DNA from: Mobula hypostoma
Lineage: Eukaryota
Length of the DNA: 64,000 bases
Assembly (NCBI RefSeq): GCF_963921235.1
Contig: NC_086097.1
Coordinates: 61,010,001 to 61,074,000, forward strand
Direction of reading: 5' to 3'
The notes under the pieces are model-generated. The model was given only the letters and a program-made list of their open reading frames with translations. It was not told the DNA's origin and searched no databases. Positions 25,735-38,767 of the stretch are shown here, in pieces. The number at the start of each line of letters is the position of its first letter. The stretch's first letter is position 1. The position numbers and the translations under genes are program-made.

Positions 25735-27560
25735 ACGAAACAAGAAGATATACAGTAGGAGCAGAATTAGGCCATTTGACTCATTGTGTCTGCTCTGCCA
25801 TTTCATCATGACTGATCCAATTTTCCTCTGAGCCCCAAACTCCTTCTTTATCCCTGTATCCCTTCATGCCCTGACCAATCAAGAATCTATTAACTTCTGC
25901 CTTAAATATATAAAGAATGTCTCCACAGCAAAGAAGTCCACAGATTCATCACTCTCTGGCTAAAGAAATTGCTCATCATCTCCATTCTAAAAGGAAGCCC
26001 CTCTGTCTGAGGCTGTGTCCTCTGGTATTGGACTCTCCCACCAAAGAAAACGTCCTCTCCACTTCCACGCTATTAAGGCCTTTCACCATTTGATAGGTTT
26101 CAATGAGGTCACCCCTCATCTTTCTGAATTCCAGTGAATACAGGCCCAGAGTCATCAAGCTGTCTTCATATGACAAGCCATTCAATCTTGGAATCATTTT
26201 TGTGAGCTTCCTTTGAGCCCTCTCCAGTTTCAGCACATCCTTTCTAAGATAAGGAGTCCAAAACTGTTCACAGTACTCCAACTGTGGCCTCACCAATGCT
26301 TCATAAAATCTCAACATTACATGATAGCAGTGGGGAATTCAACTGCATCCTATATAAGAATGATCAGGTGACTGATGTTAAATTATATTGTAGCCTTCTT
26401 GAAATGAATGTTAACATTACGTTTGCCTTCCTCACCACAGACTGAACCTGCAAATTAACCTTTAGGGAATGCAGCACAAGGACTCCCAAGAACCTTTGCA
26501 CCACAGTTTTTTTTTGTATTTTCTCTCCATTTAGAAAATACTCAGCTCTTTCATTTCTACCAAAGTGCATGGCCATATATTTTCTGAGACTGTATTCCAT
26601 CTGCCATTTCTTTGCCCATTCTGCTGATCTATCTAAGTCCTTCTGTAGCCTCTCTACTTCTTCAAAACTACCTGCCCCTCCAACTATCTTCATATCATCT
26701 GCAAACTTTGCAACAAAACCATCAATGCAATCATTCAAATCATTGACAAATAATGTGAAAAGAATAGGTTCTAACACAGAGCCTGTGTCACTAGTCACCA
26801 GCAGCCAGCCAGAAAAAGGTTCCCTTTATTCCCATTCCTTGCCTCCTGCCAATCAGCCACTGCTTTATCTATGCTAGAATATTTCCTGTAACACTATGGG
26901 CTTGTAGCTTGTTAAGCATCCTCGTAAGCAGCACTTTGTCAAAGGTCTTCTGAAAATCTAAGTACACAACGTCAACTGATTCTCCTTTGTCTATTCTGCT
27001 TGTTATTCCTTCAAAGAATTCCAACAGATTTGTTAGGCAAGCTTTTTCCTTGAGGAAACTATGCTGACGATGGTCTATCAAATACCCTAAGACCTCATCC
27101 TTAATAATTGACTACAACATCTTCCCTACCACTGAGGTCAGACTGACTGGCTTATAGTTTCTGTTCTCCTGCCTCTCTCCCTTCTTGAAGAGTGGAGTGA
27201 CGTTTGCAATTTTCAAGTCTTCTGGAACCATTTCAGAATCTAGTGATTCTTGAAAGATCATTACTAATGCCTCCACCATCTCTTCAGCCATCTATTTTAG
27301 ATCTCTGGGGTGTACTTCATCTGGTCCAGGTGACTTACCGACCCTTCCAAGAACCTTCTCTCTATTTATGATAGGTTTATACACATCATGTTCCCTGACT
27401 TCTGGAACTTCCACCATACTGCTAGTGTCTTTCATTTTGAAGACTGAAGCAAAACACTTATTCAGTTTGTCTGCTATTTCATTGTCCACCATTACTAGCT
27501 CTCCAGCATCATTTTCTAGTAGTCCGATAATCACTCTTGCCTCTCTTTTACATGTATGCC
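25735..27560 (-). mobile_element. CR1 LINE, 5'-truncated, degenerate RT
   Basis: Minus-strand ORF pieces KSPGPD, QHSF..ACLTNLLEFF, YLDFQKTFDKV, KFADD and YEALVRPQLEYCEQFW; the 3' end lies near 25740. Confidence 0.9.
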
Positions 27561-28039
27561 TTATAGGAAGAAACGTAATTGTGAAGGTGACATGAATTCA
27601 GTGGAGAGTTCAGTCAAGCCAGAAGTGTGTGGGTAAGAGGCCTTTTCACATATCCTGGTGATAAAAATTTTGGAGAATTTAATTCTGCAAAAACATTGTT
27701 CACCAGCAAGTTCCAAGTAGAATGCTGCATTTCTGGAGACGGTTTCACAGCTGGCTTTTTACAAATAGGAATGTCCCATTACATTACCCAAGGTCATCAT
27801 CTCCCCTGAGTGAGCAATTTGTACCACACTAATGAGGTGCTGCCCGCAGCCATAGTACAGAGGTACTTTCAAATAAGCATTGCTGCAACCAATATTGCAT
27901 TGTGTTGCATCCCTGAAGATCTCGAAGAATACTGCAAGTCAGTTCTGAAGGTGCTCAACTCCGGTCTCCTGATATCAAAGAATTTCCATGTTGGAATGTA
28001 AAAATACAACAAGACTGTTTGCTTGCTTTGAGCTGAAGA

Positions 28040-28400
28040 TAGTCATGACACAGGTATACAAACAATGTGGGGTATAAATAGGGTCAACAAAGAGAAACCT
28101 TTCTCCATATAGAAACATCTGCGAACAGAGGGCGTAAGTCAAAAGTGAGATAAAAGGTTAGAGAGGATCTGCTGGAATTTTTCCACTCAAAGCACAGTTG
28201 AAATTTAGAATGATTTGGGTGAGAAGGTGGTGGAGACAGATACTCTCAAAACATTTAGAAAATATCCAGATGGACAGTTGAATTGCCAAGGCATAGAATG
28301 TTACCGACCAAATGCTGCAAGATAACATTAGGATAGATGGGCAGTTAATGGTTGCCATGGTCTTGGTGGCCCAATAGGAATGCTTTAGAATTGTATGATT
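28040..28400 (+). mobile_element. Old CR1 3' fragment
   Basis: Degenerate match to the CR1 3' region, ending ttgtatgattctat. Confidence 0.5.
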
Positions 28401-28406
28401 CTATCA

Positions 28407-28485
28407 TAGGAGTTCCCAAAATGGGGTCCACAGACACTTGCTTAATGATATTGGTCCATGGCATAAAAAAGTTTGGGAACTCCTG
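28407..28485. mobile_element. Tiny hAT/Charlie-like MITE
   Basis: TIR aggagttcccaaa / tttgggaactcct, with flanks ttctatca / ctctatgc that resemble a decayed 8-bp TSD. Confidence 0.6.
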
Positions 28486-30145
28486 CTCTATGCCTACAGC
28501 AAAATACAAATAGTTGCAGTCTCAGGGTTGAACTAAGATCGTAGGTTGAACCTAAAAGTCGAAAGTTATTTTATTCAGGGAGAATTGTTTGGGATGTGAC
28601 TAGAGACACTATCATATATATAATCATACACCAGAAAATGGCAATTATGCTAAAACAATTTGTACATAAATATGAATCACTAATATATCTAATATCTAAT
28701 TCATATTGTAGTGAAGGTCAGTTAGTCAACACTATGAATTTTTATGTTAGCTCTTCTATCACAGTTAGTGAATCTTTGGAATTTTCTTTCCAAGAGAATA
28801 TTGGATGTTCAGAGATTAATTAGCTTCATGTAGCAGAACAGAGTATTTTTGATTATGATGTAAATCAAGGGATAGGGAGTTTGTGCAGGAGAATAGGATC
28901 ATATTGAGTGGTAGAGTGGAATTAAGGAACCATATGGACTTCTCTGCTCATGTTACTCATGAAAACATCTCAGTTTTTGAAAGTCCCTTTAATCTTGTGA
29001 GTCCATGGCAGGCCTCCTCTGCTCAGCTGCAAAATGAGGTTACAGATGTTGAACAGGGACATCCCCTGGTGGGACATCCCAATGGACATGTTCCCGCTCC
29101 TCTCTAGATTCTAAATCAGACTCCAGATTTTCTTACGTTTCATCTCCTGAGTGTGGTACTGACTACAATTGGAAAGGATGTTTAGCATGCGGCACAGTTT
29201 TGCTTGCATGCACTGCAAGGTACCCTGGGATGCTGCGGGCAACAACATCAGTAGATCAATGATATCCTCCATTAAGTTCTTGTTGCTTGTGTGGTGTTGT
29301 GCACCACTGTGACCAGACATGAAACAGATTTTCCCTGACCACCAGGATTTATCATTCAGGACAGTCTGAGTGGCTGAAAATCTCTGGCAGCTTGAATTTC
29401 AAACGTTTATCACTCTCTGGTTAAAAAAGTCCTTCCTCATCTCTATTCTAAAGGGACATCCTTCTATTCTGAGCCTCAGCATTACATCCTTCTATTCTGA
29501 GGCTGTGCCCTCTGGCCAAAGACTCTTACTGTCAAAAGTTTTAATGAGATACCCTTATTCTTCTCAACTTCAATGAGTATAGGCCCAGAGCCATCAAATA
29601 CTTCTTATACATTAATTCTTTCATTCCTGGGATCATTCTCATGAACCTGCTCTGGACCCTCTCCAATGCCATAACATCCTTTCTTAGATAAGGGGCCAAA
29701 ATTACTCATAATACCCCAAGTGCAGCCTAACCAATGCTTTATACAACCTCAGCCATACCCTTTGCTTTTATATTTTAGCACCCTTGAAATGAACACTAAC
29801 ATTCCATTTTCTTTCCTTCCCACTGATACAATCTGCATGTTAACCTTTAGGGAATTCTGCACAAAGACTCCCAAATCCCTTTACAATTCTGATTTCTGAA
29901 TTATCTCCCTGTTTAGAAATTAGTCCATGCCTTTATTCCTTCTGCCAAAGTGCATGATCATACATTTCCCTACGTTATTTTCCATCTGTCACTTCTTTGC
30001 TCATTCTTCAAATCTGTCTACATCCTTCTGCAGACTCTCTGCTTCCTCAACACTACCTACCCTTCCACCTATATTTGTATCATCCGCAAATGGCCACAAA
30101 GCCATCATTTCTGCCATCCAAATCATAGACATACAGCATAAAAGG

Positions 30146-30367
30146 AACACACATCAAAGTTGCTGGTGAACGCAGCAGGCCAGGCAGCATCTATAGGAAG
30201 AGGCGCAGTCGACGTTTCAGGCCGAGACCCTTCGTCCTGACGAAGGGTCTCGGCCTGAAACGTCGACTGCGCCTCTTCCTATAGATGCTGCCTGGCCTGC
30301 TGCGTTCACCAGCAACTTTGATGTGTGTTGCTTGAATTTCCAGCATCTGCAGAATTCCTGTTGTTTG
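30146..30367. mobile_element. Penelope-like element terminus as a perfect inverted repeat (91-bp arms, 2-nt spacer) plus ~38-nt tail
   Basis: 30146-30236 is the exact reverse complement of 30239-30329. 13-bp TSD cagcataaaagga (30134-30146 / 30368-30380). Same family as the GIY-YIG-bearing copy at 51047. Confidence 0.9.
30234..30267 (+). ncRNA. Minimal type I hammerhead ribozyme motif (PLE-associated)
   Basis: gtc-CTGACGA-AGG(gtctcgg)CCT-GAAA-CGTC-gac: CUGANGA and GAAA cores, short stems I and II, and an ACGU palindrome in place of stem III. Confidence 0.7.
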
Positions 30368-30559
30368 CAGCATAAAAGGATGTGGTTTCAATACCATCCC
30401 CTGTGGAACACCACTAGCCACGGGCAGACAACCAGAAAAGGCCTTCTTTATTCCCACTCTTGGCCTCCTGCTGATCAGCCAAACTTTTATCCAATCAATC
30501 ACCCATCTCTTCTTATTTTATTCTTCCCACTTTACCATCATCTTCTCCCAGATTCAACC

Positions 30560-30755
30560 ACTCACCTAGGAACAATTTATAGTGGCCAAATACCCTATCA
30601 ACACATATGACTTTGGGATGTTGAAGGAAATCAGAGTTTCCAGTGAAACCCCTGCAGTCACAGAGAGATTGTGCAAACTCTACACAGAGAGTCCAGGGTT
30701 AAATAAGGATTACAGTAGCCATAAGACAGCAGCTCTCTGTATTGTACCACCATGC
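30560..30755 (-). mobile_element. Degenerate V-SINE/HE1-like SINE
   Basis: ctttgggatgttgaaggaaatcagag...gaaacccctgcagtcacagagagattgtgcaaactctacacag resembles the reverse complement of the conserved vertebrate V-SINE core. Confidence 0.55.
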
Positions 30756-31080
30756 CTCTTGCAAATTATGTTTTAAAGCATTGTTTTTATTAGAGGAGAA
30801 CAAACGTGTAACCACTAAAGAACAGACTGTAGATATTAACTGGGGAATTTCATAGTCACCTTTGTTGATGACGTGATCTTTTAGAGGGAATCAAGCAGTC
30901 AGCAATCACATGATTGAATAATGCAACCCAGTGATGGAAGAACTGCAGGTGATAGAAATCCAAAACAAAATCAGAAAATGTTTGAAATAATCTGCATCTC
31001 GGGTCACTTCTGTGGGAAGGGAAGCTGAGTCAATATTTCAGATTTGACAAAGGGTCTCCAAACCTACACATTGATTTTAT

Positions 31081-31176
31081 GCAACACACATCAAAGTTGC
31101 TGGTGAACGCAGCAGGCCAGGCAGCATCTATAGGAAGAGGCGCAGTCGACGTTTCAGGCCGAGACCCTTGGTCAGG
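31081..31176 (-). mobile_element. Penelope-like terminal fragment nested in an older related element (~30940-31240)
   Basis: Near-identical to the left arm at 30146-30236 and flanked by ttttat/ttttat. The hammerhead core is mutated (CTGACCA). Confidence 0.8.
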
Positions 31177-32100
31177 TTTTATTTCTCTTTTGACAGATAC
31201 AACCTGACGTGGAGTATTTCAAGCATTTTCTGTTTTTGTAATAAAACTGCCACATAATTTATATGAAAACTAACTGTTAAGCAGTCCAATAGGAATGGCA
31301 TAATATTTTGATTGAAAGATCAGCTTGCCCTCAGTCTGACTAAGAAAGGAATAAAAAAAATGACTGGCAAAACTGTGGTATAAAATACTTAGATAGTCAA
31401 GTTAGACAGAGAAACGCTGGTGACAAGTTGAGTTGACGCTGGTAGATATTAGAATCATTTGCATATGTTCACTTGAGAATTTAAATGTTGCTGCAGCTCC
31501 TTCCCCTATAATGGCTGCTCTGACTTCTCACATTCAGATTGGCAAACCACCCACTGGGAAATAACAATGCACAATGATTTCCCTTCAACTTCATTGTAAT
31601 GAGGGCCCTACGCCACAGTAAAAAAGTTCTCATTCAATTAGTTTTACAGTTCTCCCTTAAGTCCAACATGCTCTGTAGCAACAATACATTCCAGATCACT
31701 ACCAATTTCTTTATTTTCTACAAACTATAATTGTTTTCCAGAACATCACATATACAATGCAGCAACATTACACGGGGTTTTGATTAGTTCCTTTCATTAC
31801 TGTAAAACTGAATCTTATTTTTCTTTTTATTGCTAAGTATTTGGGTAGTATCTTCACTGATTTACCCTTTGATGCTTTAGGTACCTTAATCAGTATGGTA
31901 TGGTACTTCATTAACATTCCTCATCTGTGTCCTTGCTAATCCATTAATTTAACATAAATCTGTTATCCAGTTGTAATTCTAAATATACTTGCAATTTTGT
32001 TATCATTAATATTGAGAATTTGCATGTCAGATGACTCAAATCATACATTTTGTTTAAAATAGCAAGGGACTCAAGAATCAATCATACCCATTCATTCCCT

Positions 32101-32983
32101 TCTAACATACCTCATGGATATCTTGTGACTGTCTTATGACCGTGATGTAATTGAGTAGATGATGAGCATGATGTAATGGTCTTTTGGAGGTCACCTGATG
32201 CAATTTTCCCACCGATGTGAGGTCACGTGATGACATGTTCACCACGGGTATAAAAGGAGACCCCTGGGGTGACACAGTTAGTTTTCCAGTTAGAACGTCA
32301 GCCAGATACTCCGCTCCGCTGAGTATTTGCCTTATAATGTATTTTTGATTTAAAATGAAGTTTTACGTTCTGTTGTAATGTACAAAAGTATTGGGCCGGC
32401 AGTTTAACCAATCACTGCCAGGTTTGTTGATGTAACTTTCCAGTAGTATTGGAGAGTGAAGACAGGAACCTGAAGGAGTCGTTCGGCAGTTTTGTATAGT
32501 ATCGACTATTATTGAATTTGTTCAAGAAATAGTGATCTGCATGAGATAGCCTCTGCTAAAAGCAGCAGAAAAGGTTGTGCTGTCTCTAGTATCCAGAGGG
32601 AACGGTCAGTGCCTTTAAACCATTTTATTTCTGTCGTCGTGAGTTCTGTGGACAAGGCAGGATCTGGCTGGGATCGGCAGTGACGTCGCGTCTTCGATGA
32701 ATTTTTTACTCCAGTTAAGTCTCTCTTAATTGACTGCATAAATCTCTTGGACTTTTGAATTTACCATTCTAAGAACTGTTTTTGAATTTACCCCTTTAAG
32801 AACTGTTTTCGCATTTATCACTTTAAGAACTAGTACAGACTGGCCACATAAATGGCCACATAGCAGTTTACTTCTGGTTAAGATTTTTGTTTTTTTAAAA
32901 ATATTCAGCAGAGTTTAATAAATGTTTGATTGTTTTTATAAAACCTGACTCGATTGATATTCATTGTTGCCGATCATGCGACA
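32101..32983 (+). repeat. 5' LTR
   Basis: Direct repeat of 37869-38767, with TATA tataaaa at 32249, aataaa near 32917 and end gcgaca. Confidence 0.92.
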
Positions 32984-32989
32984 TAAATT

Positions 32990-33007
32990 TGGGGGCTTGT
33001 CCAGATA
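32990..33007 (+). promoter_or_regulatory. Primer-binding site, tRNA-Pro-like
   Basis: tgggggcttgtccagat versus the canonical Pro PBS TGGGGGCTCGTCCGGGAT, just after the 5' LTR. Confidence 0.75.
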
Positions 33008-33113
33008 TGTTCCAATTTTGAGCTTAAGTGCTTGTTTAAGTATCACTCTGATTTGGAAAAGGGAAATACCCAATTATTTTGTTTGTTTTGTGTGTGAGTG
33101 GTATTCAGCAGCA

Positions 33114-34577
33114 ATGAATGTTGACAGCTTTATGGAAACACCAGACCCGGAGTTTTTAGTGACAACAAGAAAGGGTGTTGTATACGAGATTGCGAGAAGG
33201 TTGGATCTTAAAGGAATTACGAAGGTTACAACAAAGCCCATACTTCAGAGAAAAATCACTGAGAATTATATGAGTTTGGGAAAGTTTGATGAAGAAGTGT
33301 TAGATAGGTCTCCAATGAGTAATCTGGAAATGCAGTTACATCTTGAACAAATAAAGTTAAAGCAATTAGAAGCTGATTTGGAAAGAAGTCTGTTAGAAGC
33401 TGAAAATAAACAGAAGGAATTTGAGGCTAAAGAAGCCCATAGGAAAAGGGAATTTGAAGAAAGAGAAGCAAATAAAAAGAGGGAATTTGAGCTAGAGATG
33501 GAGAAATTGAAGTCCGAGAATCAGTCCTCTGGTTCTAGGAAACAGTTTGTAGCTGGTCGTGAGGTTATTTTGGCTCCTCCATTTAGTGAAGCAGAAGTGG
33601 ACAAATATTTCCAACATTTCAAAACTATTGCTCTGAGTTTAAAGTGGCCGAAAGAGCAATGGTCAGTGATGTTACAAAGTGTAATAAAAGGGAAAGCACA
33701 GCAAGTTTATACAGCTTTAAATGCTGAGCAAGCACTGGATTATGATATTGTCAAACAGCATATACTGAAGGCGTATGAGTTGGTTCCGGAAGCGTATAGA
33801 GAAAGATTCAGAAATTTGAAGAATTCTGTGGAAGAAACTTACGTGGAATTTGCCTACAAGAAGTCTGTGTGTTTTGAGAGATGGGTTTCCTCTAAAAATG
33901 TGAATGGGGAGTATAATAAATTAAAAGAGTTGATTTTGCTGGAGGAATTTAAATGGAGCATTCCTGTTGAAGTAAGGACAAATGAAAAGGACACTGCTAT
34001 ATTGCAGGAGACTGCTAAATTAGCTGATGAGTATGCTTTAATTCATAAGAATAAATTTTCTCCAGGTAGGACTTTTAAAAGGAAAAGTAGCACAGAGAGT
34101 CAAAATTAAATTAAATCTGAAGTTAGTGAGAAAGGTAAGGATGAAGGGAGACATGTGGAGGAAAGACATTTTGGTCTTATTTGTAATTATTGTAAGAAAC
34201 CTGGACATGTAGTAGCTAACTGTTTTCGATTGAAAAAGAAAGAGAAGGAAGCAGTCCCAGATGCCTGTGTGCAGCATATTGACACACCTGTAAATCCACA
34301 GAGTCTGATAAATACCAATGAAGCTTTGCCAGAGTCAGACCAAGTTAAGAGTGGATATGAACATTTTATAACCAAGGGATTTGTATCCTTGAAAGAGGGA
34401 TCCATTCCAGTACCGATAGAAATACTTAGAGATACTGGAGCTTCTCAATCACTAATGTTAGACAGTGTTCTAAAGTTTAGTGATGAGTCTAACATTGGTG
34501 AGGTAAACTATATAAGAGGAGTTGGGAGTGCCCTTATGCCGGTACATTTACATAGAGTAAATTTAAGGTCAGGGTAA
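33114..34577 (+). pseudogene. gag: gag-protease pseudogene (coiled coil, SCAN-like capsid region, CCHC knuckle, aspartic protease)
   Basis: ATG at 33114. PPFSE..VDKYFQHF and ELVPEAYRERFR..LILLEEFK..AKLADEYA, then a frameshift/stop at ~34109, CNYCKKPGHVVANC and ILRDTGASQSL. Confidence 0.88.
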
Positions 34578-34619
34578 GTTGCAGGGCCTGTTGAAGTAGG
34601 ACTACAACCCAGTTTATCT

Positions 34620-37600
34620 GTGAATGATGTTTCTCTATTGTTAGGGAATGATTTAGCAAACGGACAAGTTTTTCCTGATGTACATTTGACAATAAAGCCT
34701 ATTTCTGAGGAACCACAGAGGGATTCTAACACAGATTCTTCTTGTGTTGTAAACCAAGCTATGGCTAAAAAGACTGATGTACAGGATGAGGTTGTTACCC
34801 ATGACTGTTCAACTCAAGATACAAATTTTGAGGATGTGTCAGAAACTTTCTTACCTTCGTTATTTGATGAAGATTATTGTAATAAGTCTGACCATGAAGA
34901 TTTATCTTTATCTCAGAAGGAGATGATGGCAGAGCAGGGTAGAGATCCAGAGAGAGTTAAGTTAAAGGAACAAGCTCTTCCAGATAGTGAAATTGAGAAA
35001 GTGGCAGTAGGATATTAATTTGAAAAGAACTATTAATGAGGAAGTAGAGATCTCCTACCATTCCTGCAAGTAAGGAATGGGAAATTAATCACCGGGTAGT
35101 AGTTCCTAAAATTTATCGAAGTGAGATTTTAACTACGGCTCATAGTATACCTTTGGGTGGCCATCTAGGTGTAAAGAAAACTATGAACAAGGTTTTTAAA
35201 CATTTTTACTGGCCCAGCTTAAGAAAAGACGTTGCGACATTTTGCAGAACGTGTCATACGTGTCAAATTGTGGGTAAACCTAATCAAGTTACTGCAACCC
35301 ATTCCAGCATTTGGTGAACCATTCTCAAAGATCATTGTAGACTATGTAGGCCCATTGCCAAAAACTAAAACTGGACATCAATATTTGTTGACCATTATGT
35401 ACACAGCATCTAGATTTCCAGAGGCAACACCTCTTAGGAATATAACAGCCAAAACTGTGATAAAGGCTCTTATAAAACTCTTTACTTATTTTGGATTGCC
35501 TAAGGAAATACAATCTGATAAAGGTAGTAATTTTATGTCTGGATTGTTTCAGCAGGTAGTTTATAAACTGGGAGCAAAACAGATTACCTCATCTGTATAT
35601 CATCCAGAATCACAAGGAGCCTTGGAGAGATTCCATTCTACCCTCAAAATCTATGATTGTGTGGAAAATGAAAAGGACTGGGATGAAGGCGTACATTTAC
35701 CACTTTTTGCAGTAAAGGAGGCAGTGCAGGAATCATTAGGTTTTAGTCCTTTTGAACTTGTGTTTGGGCATAGAGTTTGAGGACCTTTGGTCTTGTTGAA
35801 AGAACAGTGGATTAATAAATAGGTACACACTAATTTGCTGGATTATGTTTTGAAATTTAAAGAAAGATTATATAAAGCTTGTAGCTTGACCAAGGAAAAT
35901 TTAAAATTGACTCAGGAGAAGATGAAAACTTGGTATGATAAGGAAGCTAAGATGAGGTCATTTAAGTCTGAAGATAAGGTGTTGGTTCTTTTCCCGGTCC
36001 AAACGAACCCATTACAAGCTGAATTTCATGGTCCTTATGAGATTAAATATAAAGTAAATGCTGTGGATTACGTGATTAAAACCCCAGATCAAAGAAAGGC
36101 AACATAGCTGTGTCATATAAATACAAGCGTGTGTATGATAAAACTGTATTATGAGAAAAAGGCTGCTACTATGACTGTTGTTTTCAATAATGAGTCTGAT
36201 CATAAAAAATTGATGGATGATTCATCTGAAACTCATTTTAAACCCAACATTATTTCAGCCAGATTACCAAACTCAGCAATTCTGGAAAATATGAATGAGA
36301 AATTATCTCATTTACAGCCAGAGCAGAGAGAGCAGATGAAACAATTATTTTTAAATATAGAGATTTATTTCCCGACATCCCTAAAAGAACCACCATGGCT
36401 TCTCATGATGTAGATGTTGGAGAGGCAAAGCCCATAAAACAACATCCATATTGGATGAATACGGAAAAATGTAAACTTGCTGAACAAGAAATTAAGTATA
36501 TATTAGAGAATAATATTATTAGACCTTCAAATTTGAATTGAGGATCATCGTGTGTTATGGTGCCTAAGCCAGACAATAGTATTAGGTTTTGTACAGATTA
36601 CAGGAAGGTGAATGCTGTGACAAAAACTGATGCATATCCAATCCCTAGGGTAGATAAATGTGTAGATAAAGTTGGACAAGCCAAGCTCCTTACAAAGATT
36701 GATTTGTTAAAAGGTTATTGGTGTGTTCCATTGATGGATAGAGGTAGAGAAATTTTTGCATTTGTAACCCCATCTGGGTTATATGAATATAATGTTATTC
36801 CATTTGGAATGAAGAATGCACCAGGTACTTTCCAAAGGATGATTAATTGTGTGATTCATGGGTTAAAAGATACAGATCCCTATATTGATGATTTAGTTAC
36901 AGGAAATAATATGTGGAATGTACATATTACTGCAGTGGACATACTATTTGAAAGAGTTTCAAAAGCTAACTTAACTATTAACTTAGCTAAAAGTGAATTT
37001 GGCCATGCCACAGTGACCTCCCTTGGTTATGTTGTGGGTCAAGGAAAATTAGCTCCTGTTCAGGCAATATTAGAAGTACACACTCCAACTGGTAAGAAAT
37101 CTCTCAGAAGATTCTTGGGTATGGTAGGATATTACAGAAAATTTTGTAAGAATTTTGCAAACATTGCTCTTCCATTAACTAACCTCTTGAAGAAAAGTAA
37201 AAAGTTTGTTTGGACAGAGTGTTGTCAGGAAGCATTTGATAAATTGAAAACTATACTATGTAGTCAACCTGTGCTCAAATTTCCTGACTTTGAAAAGTCA
37301 TTTTCATTAGCTGTAGATGCTAGTGATGAAGCTACAGGAGCAGTGTTAGTTCAAAGAGATGAGCGTGACGAAGTTGATCGTCCGGTAGCTTACTCTTCTA
37401 AGAAATTTAATGTCCATCAAAGAAATTATTCAACAATAGAAAAGGAATTATTATCTCTTGTTTTGGCTTTACAACATTTTGATGTGTATGTTGGTACTAC
37501 TCAGAAACCACCGTAGTTTACACCGATCATAATCCGTTAGTGTTTTTGAGTAAGATGAAAAACAAAAATAGAAGATTACTAAATTGGAGTTTAATGTTAC

Positions 37601-37674
37601 AAGAGTATAATATTTTGATCACTCATATTAAAGGTAAAGATAATGTGATCGCTGATTGTCTATCTACATGTTAA
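34620..37674 (+). pseudogene. pol: pol pseudogene: integrase, then reverse transcriptase, then RNase H
   Basis: IN: GHLGVKKT..CHTCQ, IVDYVGPLP, IQSDKGSNF, YHPESQGALERFH. RT: VPKPDNSIRFCTDYRKVN, IDLLKGYW, PFGMKNAP, YIDD. RH: VDASD, YSTIEKELL, DHNPL. Several stops and frameshifts. Confidence 0.92.
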
Positions 37675-37868
37675 ATGTACACTGTAATTTTTTATGTGGA
37701 GTGGTATTTTAACATTTGTAACACTCCTACTGTATATTAGTTTGTAAGGTGTTGTATGATGATACTGTGTATATTGTGTATGTTGTAAATTTATATTTGT
37801 CTTTTTTGTAAATGGTTAATTGTTAAAATTTTGCTCCGAAAAAGTCCAAAAAATTTTTTGGAGGGAGG

Positions 37869-38767
37869 TGTTACATACCTCATGGATATTTTGTGACTGT
37901 CTTATGACCATGATGTAATTGAGTAGCTGATGATCATGATGTAATGGTCTTTGTCTTTTGGAGGTCACCTGATGTAATTTTCCCACCGATGTGAGGTCAC
38001 ATGATGACATGTTCACCACGGGTATAAAAGGAGACCCCTGGGGTGACACAGTTAGTTTTCCAGTTAGAACTTCAGCCAGATACTCTGCTCCGCTGCATAT
38101 TCGCCTTATGACGCAGTTTTGATTTAAAACGGAGCTTTATGTTCTTTTGTAAGGTACAAAAGTGTTGTGCCAGCGGTTTAACCAATCGCTGCCAGGTTTG
38201 TTGATGTATCTTTTTAGTAGTATTGGAGAGTGAAGACGGGAACCTGAAGGAGTTGTTAGGTGGTTTTGGATAGTATCGACTATTATTGTATTCGTTCAAG
38301 AAAGAGTGATCTGCATGAGATAGACTCTGCTATGAGTAGCAGAAAAGGCTGTGTAGTATCTAATATCCAGAGTGAAAGGTCAGTGCATTTAAACCGTTTT
38401 ATTTCCATTGTCGTGAATCCTGCAGACAAGGCAGGTTCTGGCTGGGATCGGCAGTGACGTCGTGACTTCAATGAGTTCTTTACTTCAGGAAAGTCTCTCC
38501 TAATTAACTGTATAAATCTCTTGGACATTCGAATTTACCATTCTAAGAACAGTTTTGGAATTTACCCCTTGAAGAACTGTTTTCGCATTTATCGCTTTAA
38601 GTACTAGTACTGAGTGGCGGTTTGTTAAATGGCCGCATAGCAGTTTCCTTCCGGTTAAGGTTTTCATTTGTTGTTTTCAAATATTGAGCAGAGTTTAATA
38701 AATGTTTGATTGTTTTTATAAAACCTGACTCGACAGATCACGACAGATTGTTGCCGATCACGTGACA
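37869..38767 (+). repeat. 3' LTR
   Basis: TGTTAC...GTGACA, preceded by a polypurine tract. Confidence 0.93.

Larger units (their letters stand above)
29370..30495 (-). mobile_element. CR1 LINE fragment interrupted by the Penelope palindrome
   Basis: WIKVWLISRRPRVGIKKAFSGCLPVASGVPQG on the minus strand, with CR1 3' RT region at 29400-30140. Confidence 0.85.
32101..38767 (+). mobile_element. Full-length Gmr1-type Gypsy LTR retrotransposon, disrupted
   Basis: LTRs at 32101-32983 and 37869-38767, 4-bp TSD ccct/ccct, tRNA-Pro-like PBS, PPT ggagggagg, and domain order gag-PR-IN-RT-RH. Confidence 0.95.

Noticed and set aside
27600..28040. Possible minus-strand RTE 3' relic
   Set aside because: Only vague similarity; could not be supported without alignment.
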